From: Anaerovoracaceae bacterium
GTDB lineage: Bacteria > Bacillota > Clostridia > Peptostreptococcales > Anaerovoracaceae
NCBI GenBank assembly: GCA_963668245.2
Contig: CAXXKB010000003.1
Location: 3,574-67,573 of the forward strand
Direction of reading: 5' to 3'
Length of the DNA stretch: 64,000 nucleotides
A model generated the notes under the pieces. The model ran no database searches. It was not told the DNA's origin and was given only the letters and a program-made list of their open reading frames with translations. A program made the translations under genes and the position numbers. Of this stretch, positions 1 through 10,087 are shown one piece after another. How positions within the stretch are numbered: position 1 is the stretch's first letter; each line of letters begins with the position of its first letter.

Positions 1-663
1 TTCGAAGGAAAGAGGATAGGGATCCTTCCATACACCATAGTGCTTTGTAGGTGTGAAAAGAGTAGCCACTTTTGCCCTATCCCTGCTGGTTAAAATAATG
101 ATTTGGTTATACCAGAATAATTTCTCGTGCTCTCGCACATAACGGTCAATCTGCCGGTAAGCTTCCGTTAGTTGCTTTTCAGGTGCTAATTTAGGACTCT
201 TACACTCAATAATTACTAAAGGAAGGCCATTCACAAAAATTAGGATGTCAGGAATGATGATTCCACTTGTGTTGGTGACAGTAAATTGATTCGTTACGAC
301 AAAATCGTTATTCTCTATTTTGTCGTAATCAAAGAGCTTGACGGATTGATTTTTATTCCCAGAACCAACGTCTTGCACAACTGTAATACCTTCCCCAAAT
401 AACCAGTCAAAAATTTGTTTGTTCATATGCCATAAATCTTCTGCTTGCGGGGTAGAAAAACGACGTACTACTTTATCTAGACTATTTTCATTCATCCACG
501 GATTTAATCGCTGTAGACTTTCACGAAAACGATCTTCTAATAGAACAACCGCTTGAGAAGATCGTTCACGATCCAATTCATTTGTGTTTAAATAATTGTA
601 TCCATAGTTTTTTAGCTGTTCAATAAGAGGAATTTCCACGTGTGTTTCTTCGTATCGGTCCAA
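1..663 (-). CDS. hsdR: Type I restriction endonuclease subunit R, N-terminal part (runs off the window start)
   Basis: Manual translation from TTG at 663 (RBS GAGGGGG): DRYEETHVEIPLIEQL...NDFVVTNQFTV...PDILIFVNGLPLVIIECKSP, the HsdR_N PD-x-ExK motif; downstream of hsdS/hsdM. Not in the ORF track. Confidence 0.93.
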   Translation of the reverse strand, partial: MDRYEETHVEIPLIEQLKNYGYNYLNTNELDRERSSQAVVLLEDRFRESLQRLNPWMNENSLDKVVRRFSTPQAEDLWHMNKQIFDWLFGEGITVVQDVGSGNKNQSVKLFDYDKIENNDFVVTNQFTVTNTSGIIIPDILIFVNGLPLVIIECKSPKLAPEKQLTEAYRQIDRYVREHEKLFWYNQIIILTSRDRAKVATLFTPTKHYGVWKDPYPLSFE

Positions 664-969
664 TTAGCTTCCCCCTCTTTCAATTATTAAATAATGCTAA
701 AAGCAAAGACGTCACTTTTTTATCAACATAACTTGTTGCGTGAAATATAATTTCCTTTTGAATAACTTTTTATAATTGAGTTTATCTAAAAAAAGCCCTT
801 AGTAGCGAGCTGATTCCTAGGTTGCCTGCTATTCCTATTTAAATATTCAGAGTGAATAAAAATGAGGCTTAATGCTAAATTTTCTATAGTAATTATTTGG
901 TATCAAGTTGTTCGTAGACTTTTATTGTAGTTTTTGGAAAAGTCTTGTACTGGCTATCCAACATCATAA

Positions 970-2208
970 TTATACCCTTATTTTTCCGTTAAGAAGCTGT
1001 TGCATTAAGCCTTTTTTTAGTTCTTCATATTGAACCTTTTGTTGCTTGTGGCTTTTGATATCTTCATCTACGGAAGATAAAATAGCAGCGATTTTTTTTT
1101 GCTCTTCTAATGGTGGAAAGGGTACTCGTAATTTTAAAAATGTATTTTGGGAGATGTTTTTCATAGAATTACTTGTCCCAGTGGCCTCTTTTTTTAATAA
1201 ATGACTATATTTTTCATAGCTCAGCATATACGAGAGCCATTTAACATCTACAATTTCCTTATTAAATGTTACCTTCCACAGTCTATCTGGAAGAAAGAGA
1301 TTTGGGATGTCATCTTTGACATATCCGATTTCTCCAACAAGAGCGGGTGTATTCATTCTGCTTACTATTATAGTATTACTTGATACACTTACTTTAGCAC
1401 GACTTAGTTCATGATCTAAAATAACTTTGTTTTCACCAGCATTAAATTTTCCTTGAGTAACAGAACTTGTTTTTAAAATCCCATATTCATTATTCAATGC
1501 AGGTCGATTCTCTGAATTTACACTAACGCCGGATTCAATACCTATGATAATAGAATTTAAAGTTGCCTCTTTCCATTCAACTGGTATTTCTCCCATCTTA
1601 GTTTGCTTAAATTTTTTGTGCATAATCCCTTTTGTTAACAATTCCTGCATAATCCCTTTTTTTAGCTCAGTAGTTTTTTCGATTAACTGATTCGTTTGTT
1701 GAATCTGATCATCAACAGTAGAAAGGATTTTCGCTATTTTTAGCTGTTCTTTTAATGGGGGGAGTGAAACAACAAAATTCTGCAATGCTTTCTTTTGAAT
1801 ATTCGGTAAACCGCTTCCTACCCTCAAACTCATAATTTTTTTTTCTTGATACTTTAAATTTTGGTATAAGAAACTTACATTGACGTTGTCGATTAAATTC
1901 AAAGTGTAGTTGTGTCCTCCACTCCAGAATCTCTCTTTATTAAATTTTACAAATCCACATGAATTTCCTCCTTCACTTATAGAAATAGTATTTTCATCTG
2001 TGTTAAATTCATTGTGATAACCTGAAGGCTCTTGTCCACCATTTAGAACATAATACTCTCCGCCTAACATATCTAACTTACTTAATTGTTTTCCTTTAGT
2101 AATTTCAGAAATATCATTTAGTTTTTTTAAGTCCCATTCAATAGGGATATATCCTATTTCAGTCTTTTTAAAGTTCTTTTTTTCTTCTTCAATCATGGTA
2201 TTCACCAA
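970..2208 (-). CDS. hsdS: Type I R-M specificity subunit S
   Basis: Two TRDs, each followed by the conserved repeat (PPLKEQLKIAKILSTVD / PPLEEQKKIAAILSSVD). Confidence 0.95.
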   Translation of the reverse strand: MVNTMIEEEKKNFKKTEIGYIPIEWDLKKLNDISEITKGKQLSKLDMLGGEYYVLNGGQEPSGYHNEFNTDENTISISEGGNSCGFVKFNKERFWSGGHNYTLNLIDNVNVSFLYQNLKYQEKKIMSLRVGSGLPNIQKKALQNFVVSLPPLKEQLKIAKILSTVDDQIQQTNQLIEKTTELKKGIMQELLTKGIMHKKFKQTKMGEIPVEWKEATLNSIIIGIESGVSVNSENRPALNNEYGILKTSSVTQGKFNAGENKVILDHELSRAKVSVSSNTIIVSRMNTPALVGEIGYVKDDIPNLFLPDRLWKVTFNKEIVDVKWLSYMLSYEKYSHLLKKEATGTSNSMKNISQNTFLKLRVPFPPLEEQKKIAAILSSVDEDIKSHKQQKVQYEELKKGLMQQLLNGKIRV

Positions 2209-3685
2209 GTCCTAACTCTTGTAAATAGCGATATAATTTTTCTTTAGTATGATTCCGGTTTAATTCTAGCATTTTAATATCTCTTAAAACAGAAGGAATA
2301 TCTACTAACTCTTCTTCCACTGATTTATCGATATATAAGTTAATATTCAAATTGTAATCGTTCTCTCTGATATCTTCTAAAGTAACAACTCGCGCATATT
2401 TTTCAATATCTTCGAAATTTTCAAATGCCGATACAATTCTGGATACATCTCCATCACGTAATATGTTTTGATTCTTACCTTCTTGGTAGTGTTCTTCAGC
2501 AGCAATAAATAAAACATTCCCTTTGCTGCCTCCTTTTTTATTTCGGTTGAAAATCAAAATATTCGCAGTGATACCTGTTCCATAAAACAGATTTGAGGGC
2601 AAACCAATTATTGCTTCCAGTAAATCGTCTTCAAGTAATCCACGTCTAATTTTCCCTTCAGTTCCTCCACGGAACAACACACCATCAGGCATCACTACAC
2701 CGGCCATTCCATTACTATTTAAAGAGGCTACCATGTGTTGAACAAATGCATAGTCCCCAGCATTATTTCCCGGAATTCCATATTGGAAACGACCATACAC
2801 ATCCGATTCTGCGTCATCTCGTCCCCAATTCTTCAATGAGAAAGGTGGATTCGCGATCACACGATCAAAGAGCATGATATTTCCTTCTTCAAGTAGTTTA
2901 GGATTTCGAATGGTGTCTCCTTTTTCAATTCGATGATCTGGGAGATCATGCAGCAACATATTCATTTTTGAAATGGCCCATGTGTTAAGGTTTTTTTCCT
3001 GTCCGAATAAAGAAATAGAATAGGGGTTACCTCCGTGTTTCTTAACATAATCAACCGCTTGAATTAACATCCCTCCGGATCCACAAGTTGGGTCGTACAC
3101 GCGCATCCCTTCTTCAGGTTTCAAAAGACGGACTAATAATTCGACTACTTTTGTTGGCGTGTAAAATTCCCCACCTTTCTTACCCGCGTCATCCGCAAAC
3201 ATTTTAATTAAATATTCGTATGCGCGACCCAAAATGTCGGGTTCAGAAAGATTGATGTTTTTTAAGTTAATCAGGGAAAAGTGTTGCAAGAGTTGTTGCA
3301 AGATATCATCGGTTAAAACTTCACGATTGAAGTCAATGGTTGTCAACACCCCTTCTAATGTAGAATTGTCGTTTTCTAAAGCTTCAAAAGCGATATTAAT
3401 GACGGTCCCTATATCTTGGCCTTTACTACGGATCTCATTCCAACGAGCTTTATCTGGAACATAGAATTGGTATTGATCGGGATCATCTTTCAGAATATTT
3501 CCTAATTGTTCTCCATGTTTCTCAAACAGATCTTCCTGCTGTTCTTCAAAAACATCGTTGATTCTTTTTAAAAATAGTAGTCCAAAAATATAGCTTTTAT
3601 AATCACTGGAATCGATGGATCCGCGTAAAATATTCGCTGATGCCCAAAGATGTGATTCTAATTGTTGTTGGGTAAGTTTTGACAT
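2189..3685 (-). CDS. hsdM: Type I R-M N6-adenine methyltransferase subunit M
   Basis: GEFYTP, YDPTCGSGGML (motif I), IANPPFS (motif IV), HsdM_N start LESHLWASANILRG. Confidence 0.96.
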   Translation of the reverse strand: MSKLTQQQLESHLWASANILRGSIDSSDYKSYIFGLLFLKRINDVFEEQQEDLFEKHGEQLGNILKDDPDQYQFYVPDKARWNEIRSKGQDIGTVINIAFEALENDNSTLEGVLTTIDFNREVLTDDILQQLLQHFSLINLKNINLSEPDILGRAYEYLIKMFADDAGKKGGEFYTPTKVVELLVRLLKPEEGMRVYDPTCGSGGMLIQAVDYVKKHGGNPYSISLFGQEKNLNTWAISKMNMLLHDLPDHRIEKGDTIRNPKLLEEGNIMLFDRVIANPPFSLKNWGRDDAESDVYGRFQYGIPGNNAGDYAFVQHMVASLNSNGMAGVVMPDGVLFRGGTEGKIRRGLLEDDLLEAIIGLPSNLFYGTGITANILIFNRNKKGGSKGNVLFIAAEEHYQEGKNQNILRDGDVSRIVSAFENFEDIEKYARVVTLEDIRENDYNLNINLYIDKSVEEELVDIPSVLRDIKMLELNRNHTKEKLYRYLQELGLGEYHD

Positions 3686-3836
3686 TGTTTTGTATTCCTC
3701 CTATTGGGTATGAAAATTTTAATAGTTTCATTCTATGACTTAAATATTGAATCACTGTTTATTATTCTATTAATTAATTCATCTCTATTAATTGGGCAGC
3801 TAAAGGGACAGTATTTTTACTTTCTATAGCATCAAA

Positions 3837-5270
3837 TTATATTAGTTTTAATAGTGGTTTCGACATTTTTTGAAATTTGGAATCTCTTTCAATTTTATCT
3901 AATGGCCCCTTAAATTCTTCTATTAGTTCTAATAATTCCAATGAAGGAACAGAAATTATTTTCTTTTTAAGAATAAGTAATATTTCTCTATACTTTTTTT
4001 GGCACAAAGGAAATTGTAACATGCTTTTAATAGTATCATTTGTGATAGAGAGGATTGCTGCCATTGAAGAGGAGGAATCTAATTTATTTAATAATTCTAT
4101 ATAAATTGGCTCCGCATTCCATGCTATCCCGTTGGCATTCGTTAAGAAACACTCTACAAGACAACGAACGTATTTTTCTCTTAAATTTGATTCAAGTAAA
4201 AAACTACTATCCTCACCCACTAATCTTTTTAATTCTCTGCCAAGAATAGGTTCGCTATAAAAATTATCTGTTCCCCTATGTGCCACAAGTAGTTGATCAA
4301 TAGCAGTATCTATTTCAGACAATAGAATTTTTTCAGGAATATATGGTTTTCCGTCTACTATTTCTAAAAATTCTCTCGAAAGTCTTTCCTTTTCTGTGTC
4401 TCCGTTAGCAACATATTTTCCATATCTTATTCCTATATCAAATCGGGTATCTTCTTTTGAAAAGCTCCATAAATGTGGTGATAAAAGCTTAATGTTATCA
4501 CGTAACTTGACATCAGAATTTTCTCTCACATACATTCCAAAAAAACCAGCTAAAAGATTTCCTGTTTGTATAGGTGTCAGTTTATCAAAGAATAACCCAA
4601 TCCGACGAGCATCTTGATCAGTTAAGTTATTACCCCTAATGTTAGTAAGAAGCGCCTTAATCTCGACAGTAATACCAGACAACGGAAGTGATATTACTTC
4701 TCGAATACAGGTTTCTAACCAACTAATCAACTGTAATCCTGTTATTTCAGATTGATTAGGATGAGCAGCGCTTGCCCAGTTTCTCATATATTTAATATAA
4801 TCGAGGTGTCTGTATCCCATTTCTGATATTAATCCAATTTCTTTTGCACCATGGATTAATTCACTATCTGTTATCTTATCTAAATCATCTTCATCCTTTA
4901 ATTCTTTTTTCTTATTAGGGCTTTCTACTGCAACATCGAAAAAATAGGTTATATCATACTGAGAAACTCGTTTTCTTAATTCATTCACTGTCTCATTCCA
5001 AAGGTAGTTAAGAGCGGCATCAAAAAGTCCGGCTGTTGTAGCAGCTATAAATTTAGATATATAGATCGAGTTCTTCCTATTTTCATATTCGGTATAACTG
5101 ATAGCTGTATGAATGTTATTAATCACTGCTGCACGTTGAGCCACTTCTGAAAATATACCTTCAATTGGCAACCCATTATAGACTAAAAATCCTTTTACAT
5201 TATTTTCATATTTTCCCAACTCGTTATTTGTAATTGTGTTCTTTGGTACAATCTGCGGTAATTTATCCAT
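3837..5270 (-). CDS. Hypothetical protein with HEPN-like R-x-H motif (MRNWASAAHP)
   Basis: 477 aa, mostly helical, RNWASAAH motif; lies between two methylase-type genes. Confidence 0.55.
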   Translation of the reverse strand: MDKLPQIVPKNTITNNELGKYENNVKGFLVYNGLPIEGIFSEVAQRAAVINNIHTAISYTEYENRKNSIYISKFIAATTAGLFDAALNYLWNETVNELRKRVSQYDITYFFDVAVESPNKKKELKDEDDLDKITDSELIHGAKEIGLISEMGYRHLDYIKYMRNWASAAHPNQSEITGLQLISWLETCIREVISLPLSGITVEIKALLTNIRGNNLTDQDARRIGLFFDKLTPIQTGNLLAGFFGMYVRENSDVKLRDNIKLLSPHLWSFSKEDTRFDIGIRYGKYVANGDTEKERLSREFLEIVDGKPYIPEKILLSEIDTAIDQLLVAHRGTDNFYSEPILGRELKRLVGEDSSFLLESNLREKYVRCLVECFLTNANGIAWNAEPIYIELLNKLDSSSSMAAILSITNDTIKSMLQFPLCQKKYREILLILKKKIISVPSLELLELIEEFKGPLDKIERDSKFQKMSKPLLKLI

Positions 5271-5336
5271 ATGAAGCCTCCTTTTATATTAACCAATACA
5301 TAGGTATATAGATATAACGTTAAGGGTATTCCTTTT

Positions 5337-7190
5337 TCATTTATGATTTAAAAGTTCCAAAGTACCCTCTAAGCCCATCTTGAAAATTGCTTGCAATTTA
5401 TCTTTTGCTAACTCTTCTTGTAAACTTACAATTTGTATTCTTACTTGTTCCTTTTTATAATTATAGGACTGCATAATTTCGTCTTGTAGGTACTTATCAA
5501 TAAAAGGGATTTTTAGTTCTTTGATTGCCGTAGGAGATAGTGATAATACAGTTTCACCTTTCATTTTTTGTTTAAGCTGAACTTGACCTATCGGGCTATC
5601 TAAATAAAACTTAAGCCAATCTACATTTATAGAATCATTCACGCGGATTAAAACAAAATTTTGAGATACCAATATATTTTTTATATCTTCTTTAATTACA
5701 GCAGTCTTTATATTTTCTCCGCGAGTAGAGATTAATAAATCACCATTTTGAACAAGGTAGTTATCTATTTTAGTGTTTTCTGGTATATTACTTTGATCCA
5801 ACTTTGTAAAATCAATTTCTCCTGCAACCACATCCGAGATTTTGATTATTCGGTATGAGATTTCCCCTTTATCATGCTTACTAGGTAGATTAACTCCTCG
5901 ATTTACAGTAGCAATTTTTTGAATTTCTACGGTTTCTAAAGAATTTAATTTATCAATATCTACGATTACGTCACCCAACTCCTGGTCAGTAATCATTTGT
6001 TTTTCTTTCACATACCTCTCTACGGTGAGGCTACCTTCGATAATTTCATCTTTATTTATAAGTTTTGATTTACCAGGTATTTCGGAATCATTATTGAATA
6101 GATCCAGAATAGCGCTTATATCTTTATTAGTTAAATTTTTTTGTTTACTGTCAGAAACATAATCTTCCGCATTGATCATCATAATCTTATTTTTGCGATT
6201 ATTTCTTTTGTTTTTATTTATAATCAGCATAGCTATGGGAATAGAAGTTGTGGGAAGCAAACCGGAAGAGAGTTTGATTACAGCTTCAAATAAATCTAAT
6301 TCTATAACCCTCTCCCTTATTGTCTGCTCTTTCCCCCCTCTGAATAAAGCACCTAAAGGAACTATGAATATGCCCCTTCCATTTTCTTTTAGAGAATTAA
6401 TCCCATTACTGACAAATGCCCAATCCGCACGTGATTTGGGTACACTTCCAAACATGAATCGGTTATATGGATCTGTTTCGTAAATCTCTTCTGATATACT
6501 CTTCATTCCTATTGGTGCATCGGAATATACAACATCAAATTTTTGAAGACTACCGTCTTCTACATATTTTGGATCCCGTAAAACATCCCCAATTTTTATA
6601 GTAGTTTTTGTAGCACCGGCTAATATAACTCTAATTTGAGCAATTTCACCTGCAAGTGAATATATTTCTTGGCCAAAAATCTTTTGGTTAGGGTTAGTGG
6701 TCAGAACGGAAACGATTGCATTTCCAAATCCACAGGTAGGGTCTAAAAATGTCTCTTCTTTCTGAACTTCTATTATTTTTAATGCTAATTCATTAATGCT
6801 GGAAGGTGTTAAATGTTCACCACCAATTTTCCCTATACTATTCTCCGTGGAATGAAAATAGCTTTCCAGAAATTCGCTAGGAGTTAAATTTTTAAATATT
6901 TCTAGTGTATAGAATTGAAAGTTTTGCAAAACCGGATTGGTCATTAATTTTAAAGACCTATTCAATCTATCGAGTAAAGTAGGAAGGTGAAGGTGTAAAG
7001 CGTCCGCAGCTTCTTGTGTAGCAGCATAGAAATCACTAGGGGTATTATTTCCTGATTGTAAAAGTGTTTGAATTGTATTCGGATTATGAAACTGAACTAA
7101 TGCAATAGAAGAAATTATGGTAATGTAATCACTTGATGGAATTGAGCTACGAAGAGAATCAATAACTCCCCATAATTTTTTTGTATTCAT
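5337..7190 (-). CDS. HsdM-like N6-methyltransferase fold fused to a C-terminal HsdS-type TRD
   Basis: GEHLTP, DPTCGFG (motif I); motif IV position reads SDAPIG rather than NPPF; C-terminal ~190 aa are TRD-like (GDLLISTRG...LKIPF). Confidence 0.8.
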   Translation of the reverse strand: MNTKKLWGVIDSLRSSIPSSDYITIISSIALVQFHNPNTIQTLLQSGNNTPSDFYAATQEAADALHLHLPTLLDRLNRSLKLMTNPVLQNFQFYTLEIFKNLTPSEFLESYFHSTENSIGKIGGEHLTPSSINELALKIIEVQKEETFLDPTCGFGNAIVSVLTTNPNQKIFGQEIYSLAGEIAQIRVILAGATKTTIKIGDVLRDPKYVEDGSLQKFDVVYSDAPIGMKSISEEIYETDPYNRFMFGSVPKSRADWAFVSNGINSLKENGRGIFIVPLGALFRGGKEQTIRERVIELDLFEAVIKLSSGLLPTTSIPIAMLIINKNKRNNRKNKIMMINAEDYVSDSKQKNLTNKDISAILDLFNNDSEIPGKSKLINKDEIIEGSLTVERYVKEKQMITDQELGDVIVDIDKLNSLETVEIQKIATVNRGVNLPSKHDKGEISYRIIKISDVVAGEIDFTKLDQSNIPENTKIDNYLVQNGDLLISTRGENIKTAVIKEDIKNILVSQNFVLIRVNDSINVDWLKFYLDSPIGQVQLKQKMKGETVLSLSPTAIKELKIPFIDKYLQDEIMQSYNYKKEQVRIQIVSLQEELAKDKLQAIFKMGLEGTLELLNHK

Positions 7191-7567
7191 ATACGGTACC
7201 TCTTCCCTATTATTTTTATCGCAAATACAATATATTACTTAAAAAGAGTATAGTCAATACCTTTTGTTAATATTGTTGATTTTAATGAAAAAAACTCCGG
7301 ATATCCCTTGGGAGATATTAGGAGCCTTATGTATTTATATATTATATGTACATTTATAATATAATTAGCCATTTCCGCTGAGGTTTTACATATCATTGTA
7401 AGTATCCCTCATAAATCGCACTGCTGGTGTGGCCGAACCAATAGCAAGTTTATCATAGTGTGAAGGAGTATTATTAAAATCGCGTATCTCGTAATTTAGT
7501 TCATTGATAGGGCAGCTGATAGCAATCGTAATCATAGAGCTAAGAAAATTAATTGGATAAATCCTGC

Positions 7568-8011
7568 CTAATAAGAATCGTATCCGTCGTAGTCATCGTA
7601 TTCGTCATAATAATCATCTTCGTAGGTATCTTCATAGAGTGAGTCTTCCTGATCCCATTCAGCCTCTTCAAATCCATTTTCATAACCTTCTTGATAGGAG
7701 TTGTCTAAGCTATCATCACTGAATCCATAACTGTCCGTGGCGCCATCTTCATATCCAGCTTGGAATCCTTGCTGATAATCGTTAAGTCCATCATCTATAG
7801 TTTGAATATAAGTATCATCTGTATAGTCTTCCTTGTATGTAGCTTCATCATCATAGTCTTTGTTTTCGAATTCCGTAGATACCGCTGCATCCTTTTGCTG
7901 CTGATGTGATGTCCACATATCATTAATATTTAACCCAATCACCCAAATTGGGATTATTAAACTAAGTAAGCAACCTGGAAAACAGCCGCAACCTTTTAGG
8001 AAATCTTTCAT
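7568..8011 (-). CDS. Membrane-anchored, very acidic Tyr/Asp-rich hypothetical protein
   Basis: Probable start MKDFLKG at 8011 (RBS AAGGGGAG); one TM segment, then YxxGYxxG repeats. Confidence 0.7.
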   Translation of the reverse strand: MKDFLKGCGCFPGCLLSLIIPIWVIGLNINDMWTSHQQQKDAAVSTEFENKDYDDEATYKEDYTDDTYIQTIDDGLNDYQQGFQAGYEDGATDSYGFSDDSLDNSYQEGYENGFEEAEWDQEDSLYEDTYEDDYYDEYDDYDGYDSY

Positions 8012-8048
8012 ATTTATACTCCCTTTAGTAGTGTTTTTTTTATGAGAC

Positions 8049-8260
8049 TCAATAGTCATCCTGTATTTCACAACAATGAGCTGTTTTTGTACTAAATATT
8101 ATTTTTTTGAATCAAATCCTCTATGTATCTCTTCTTGCACTGTTCGAATAGCTGATATCGTTAATTTATTCATGATTGAATATATGTTTTTCCATTAAAA
8201 ACAATATTATCAGCGTTATAATCACTAAAAAATATTATCTATTGTCATCTACGTGACATT
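8049..8260 (-). pseudogene. Degenerate paralog of the 3' half of the 130-aa gene at 11184-11576
   Basis: Encodes the same C-terminus HCCEIQDDY*; nucleotide similarity to ~11187-11390, with stops. Confidence 0.7.
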
Positions 8261-8561
8261 CTTATCTTCCATACTTATTAATATAACTAATAATCTTTTC
8301 GGCGTCATATTTCAACAATTTTACATTGGATTTCTATCAAAATTTCAAAGGTTTGATAAAAATTGTTAATGATGCCATCTTTATTTTCTATCTCAGTGTA
8401 GGAGTGGATACTCAAGAGTATCATGGCCAGTTCTTTACCTTCCTGCATTCGTTTCGTACTCAGATCGCACTTAAAGTAGTAATGATTAATCTTCCAATGG
8501 ACGTGTTTTCAATTTCTCTCTTTTTAAGAATACAGGTTAGAGCTACTCATTTTATATCCAT

Positions 8562-9557
8562 TTATTCCCCGACTTGTCCATCCCCGTCTCGGTCATCCAT
8601 ATACGGATATAACCAATGATTACTATAAATTGGCATGGCGTACCCCGCATTTTTCACTTCTTGGATTGTGACTTGACCATTGCCGTTCGTATCTACTGCA
8701 GCTACATCGCCTCCTGTTGTCTGGGTGGGTGCAACGAATGCTGCCGTACCGGAAGTTTCAGAAGGTGAGCTATCCCCTCCCGTTAATCCTTGTGCGGCAT
8801 TATATTCATCCGGGTTAACGTTTTGGAACTCATCAACTACTTGATATCCATTGATCGTATATGTGTACCTATAATGATTCGGAACTTGTGTAGTTGTATC
8901 TGGGTAGGTAATGATAGCCTCAAAATTAGTGGCCCCACCTGCTTGTACGATATTTCGTTCCATATATGCCTGATCCCCATGACGGTTCAGCACACTGTCT
9001 TGTGGCGTAATGTTATAGGCATTGGCCACACCCCCTAAGGAGTCGGCTATGACATGTCCTTCGTCGAGATTTGCGTTCTCTGTGCCCGGAACTTTTGCTT
9101 CGTCATCATAATAGCGTCCTTCAGAATTGACTGGTTCAGTGGCATTATCTTGCAAAATAATTTCTGCTGCAACAACTCGAACCAGTTGACCATATTCATT
9201 TGTATAGGCCCAATATTCCCTGTCACCAAAACCGATATCAACGACAACATTTGCTGCACGATATCCTGATAATTCTCCACCGTACACTTCGATTAATGCA
9301 TAGCCATCATGAGATACAGATGATTGGGGTTCGGCACTTTCAGAATACGCTAAGGAATCGACTGATTCTGAAGGTAATTTCTCAGTTTCTTTACTTTCTT
9401 CCTTATCGGTAGCTACTGAAGCGACTTCAACGCTAGATTCGATCGAACCGGACGCCATTATTTCTTCAGTTACTGCTTCTGTTGGTGTACAAGCGCTGAG
9501 CAACAGCATACTGCTCACAGCACAAAATAACTTTCTTCCTTTTATCATGAGATTCAC
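8562..9557 (-). CDS. Lipoprotein DNA/RNA non-specific endonuclease with C-terminal EF-hand-like motif
   Basis: Lipobox LLSAC; DEGHVIADSLGG...NITPQ...LN (beta-beta-alpha-Me); DTNGNGQVT and DRDGDGQVGE. Confidence 0.8.
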   Translation of the reverse strand: MNLMIKGRKLFCAVSSMLLLSACTPTEAVTEEIMASGSIESSVEVASVATDKEESKETEKLPSESVDSLAYSESAEPQSSVSHDGYALIEVYGGELSGYRAANVVVDIGFGDREYWAYTNEYGQLVRVVAAEIILQDNATEPVNSEGRYYDDEAKVPGTENANLDEGHVIADSLGGVANAYNITPQDSVLNRHGDQAYMERNIVQAGGATNFEAIITYPDTTTQVPNHYRYTYTINGYQVVDEFQNVNPDEYNAAQGLTGGDSSPSETSGTAAFVAPTQTTGGDVAAVDTNGNGQVTIQEVKNAGYAMPIYSNHWLYPYMDDRDGDGQVGE

Positions 9558-9664
9558 TCCCTATTTAAGTTGAAATTAAAAAGAATCCTATCTTAATAGG
9601 ATTCCAGATACGGACGTTATAGAAGAGCATACGCCGATAGCATAGGATTTAATAAATTCTTGTT

Positions 9665-10000
9665 CTATTCTTCCTTGTTGAAGCGGATTTTTATTGCTTG
9701 GATCACTAAGTCGAAGTTTTCGTCGTCAAGACCAGCGAAGGTATCACATATATCTGCTTTGTAGTGTCCATTGTATAAGTTAAACGCCGCCATAACTAAT
9801 TTGCGTGAACTGCTGCTTAAGTCCACTTCTCCATTTTCTAGGGATTCTGGTTTAATAGAGTGTTCCTTAAAATCATATAGGTGCGTCACTTTTCTGAATA
9901 AGTCGCCAGTTGAGAAGATAAGAAGTAAAGCTTTGCGCTCGACGTCGGTCTCTGCAGTCTTGTCCTTAATAAGTAGCTCTGTGTAATTGTCCGTGTACAT
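9665..10000 (-). CDS. Conserved Firmicutes MGE hypothetical protein (DUF6075-like)
   Basis: LSSSSRKLVMAAFNLYN motif recalled from this family; RBS present. Confidence 0.5.
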   Translation of the reverse strand: MYTDNYTELLIKDKTAETDVERKALLLIFSTGDLFRKVTHLYDFKEHSIKPESLENGEVDLSSSSRKLVMAAFNLYNGHYKADICDTFAGLDDENFDLVIQAIKIRFNKEE

Positions 10001-10087
10001 GTTTTCCCCTCCCTAATTTTCATAGATTTGATAGTCATCTTCCACCAGAGATACTGTCATTTCTTTGTATTCTAAAACTGGATAGTC

